Shown here: positions 6,870 through 7,766 of the stretch, piece by piece
Numbering within the stretch: position 1 is the first letter of the stretch
Layout: each line of letters opens with the position of its first letter
Assembly: GCA_001179505.1 (NCBI GenBank)
Contig: CDMY01000969.1
Location: forward strand, 1-7,766
Origin: Vitrella brassicaformis CCMP3155
Lineage: Eukaryota; Protista; Chromerida
Length of the DNA stretch: 7,766 nt
Reading direction: 5' to 3'
The notes under the pieces: generated by a model
What the model was told of the DNA's origin: nothing
Databases searched by the model: none
The model's input: only the letters and a program-made list of their open reading frames with translations
Program-made: the position numbers and the translations under genes

Positions 6870-7748
6870 CAACCACATTAAGCCCCTCACCCACTCACCG
6901 GCCTCTCTGCTGATTTGCATCGATGTGTGTGTCCATTGTGTATGTGTGCGTGTGTCTGGGACTAGGATGAGGGATGGATTGCTTGTGTTTCGTTGGTATA
7001 CGTGTGGGAGTGGCGTGCATGCGTTGTGGTGTGTATGAGTGTGTAGTGGTGTAGACCTATGGGGGGGAGGGGGGGTGGGCGTTGCGTAGTGAGTGAGTGT
7101 TGCTATGGTGACTTTCATGGTGTGGGCCTTTCTGAGGTTCTTCTATGGTGATTTTCGGGGAAGATCCTTGTGTGTGTTCGCTGGCTGGCTGCCTCCCGCC
7201 ACGCCACTCCCCGCCGTAGGAGAGTGGAGCAGCGCCCACCCTGCTGCCCGCGGACGCACCCATTGCTCCCTTCGTGTTTGTGTCCGTGTCGAAGGCATAT
7301 GTGTGGTTGACCGGTCGGTTTACATTGGCTAGCGAACAACGGGTGCATATACGCGTGTCGCGCCGTAGTGTGATGCGCACGTCATCGGATAGCCACACCG
7401 CACCGGCTGTCTCTCGGGGTGACGTACATGCAATGTTCCGTGTCCACCATGTATCTTGCCGTCTCTACCTGTCCACTGGCCCCATGCATGTTGCGTGTTG
7501 CGTGCTCCGTGTTGCATGCCGGACGAACATGGGATTAGGCCGTCGGGCCGCCTAGGGCATTACGTGAAACCGCTCTCTCTCTTTCCTCTGTGTATGAGCA
7601 GTGCAGACAGTGGGCGCTCGACGCCGAATTCTCTGAGTAGCCTCTCTGTGTCATGTATATCCGTATCTGTCTTCGTATGCATGCGCTGCAGGGGGTGAGG
7701 TGATCTGTGGTCGTAGCCTGGCAACTTTCTTCTCGGCGAACGTGGGGC

Positions 7749-7766
7749 GGGGGGGGGGGGGGGGGG
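7749..7766. repeat. Poly-G run (18 nt) at the window end
   Basis: Seen directly; may be an assembly or read-end artefact. Confidence 0.8.

Noticed and set aside
7538-7555. GGCC-GTCG-GGCC hairpin followed by CTAG as a Helitron terminus
   Set aside because: The stem is only 4 bp, lies 2 nt from the CTAG, and the CTAG is followed by G rather than T.
7057-7698. Several 60-110 aa ORFs on both strands near the window end
   Set aside because: Low-complexity CA/TG-derived sequence with no motif and no consistent exon chain that I could build.
7743-7766. Terminal G-run as a functional G-quadruplex or telomere
   Set aside because: A homopolymer at the very end of the sequence is as likely an artefact, and it is not a telomeric repeat.

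Overview
Eukaryotic genomic DNA with short spliceosomal introns (mostly 67-111 nt, GT-AG) and CA/TG-rich non-coding sequence; the style is protist- or alga-like (inference). No prokaryotic operons, RNA genes or CRISPR arrays are visible. The only near-complete gene is a 4-exon class 3 lipase (Lipase_3, GHSLG, similar to plant OBL1-type lipases) on + at 3025-4897. An in-frame TGA (4647-4649) separates its catalytic Ser and Asp from the likely catalytic His, while the frame, a further intron and the last exon continue normally. Around it lie broken pieces: the intron-containing 5' end of a beta-ureidopropionase gene (150-554), an unidentified multi-exon relic (about 1345-2669), another degenerate coding relic (about 5518-6176), and a Ty1/Copia integrase fragment on - (6582-6869) that runs in frame into a 60-bp minisatellite whose units are all multiples of 3. 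Short tandem duplications are frequent. The window looks like a decaying mosaic of gene fragments and transposon debris; I could not demonstrate a new functional system. All protein-family assignments are from recalled motifs, not database searches.
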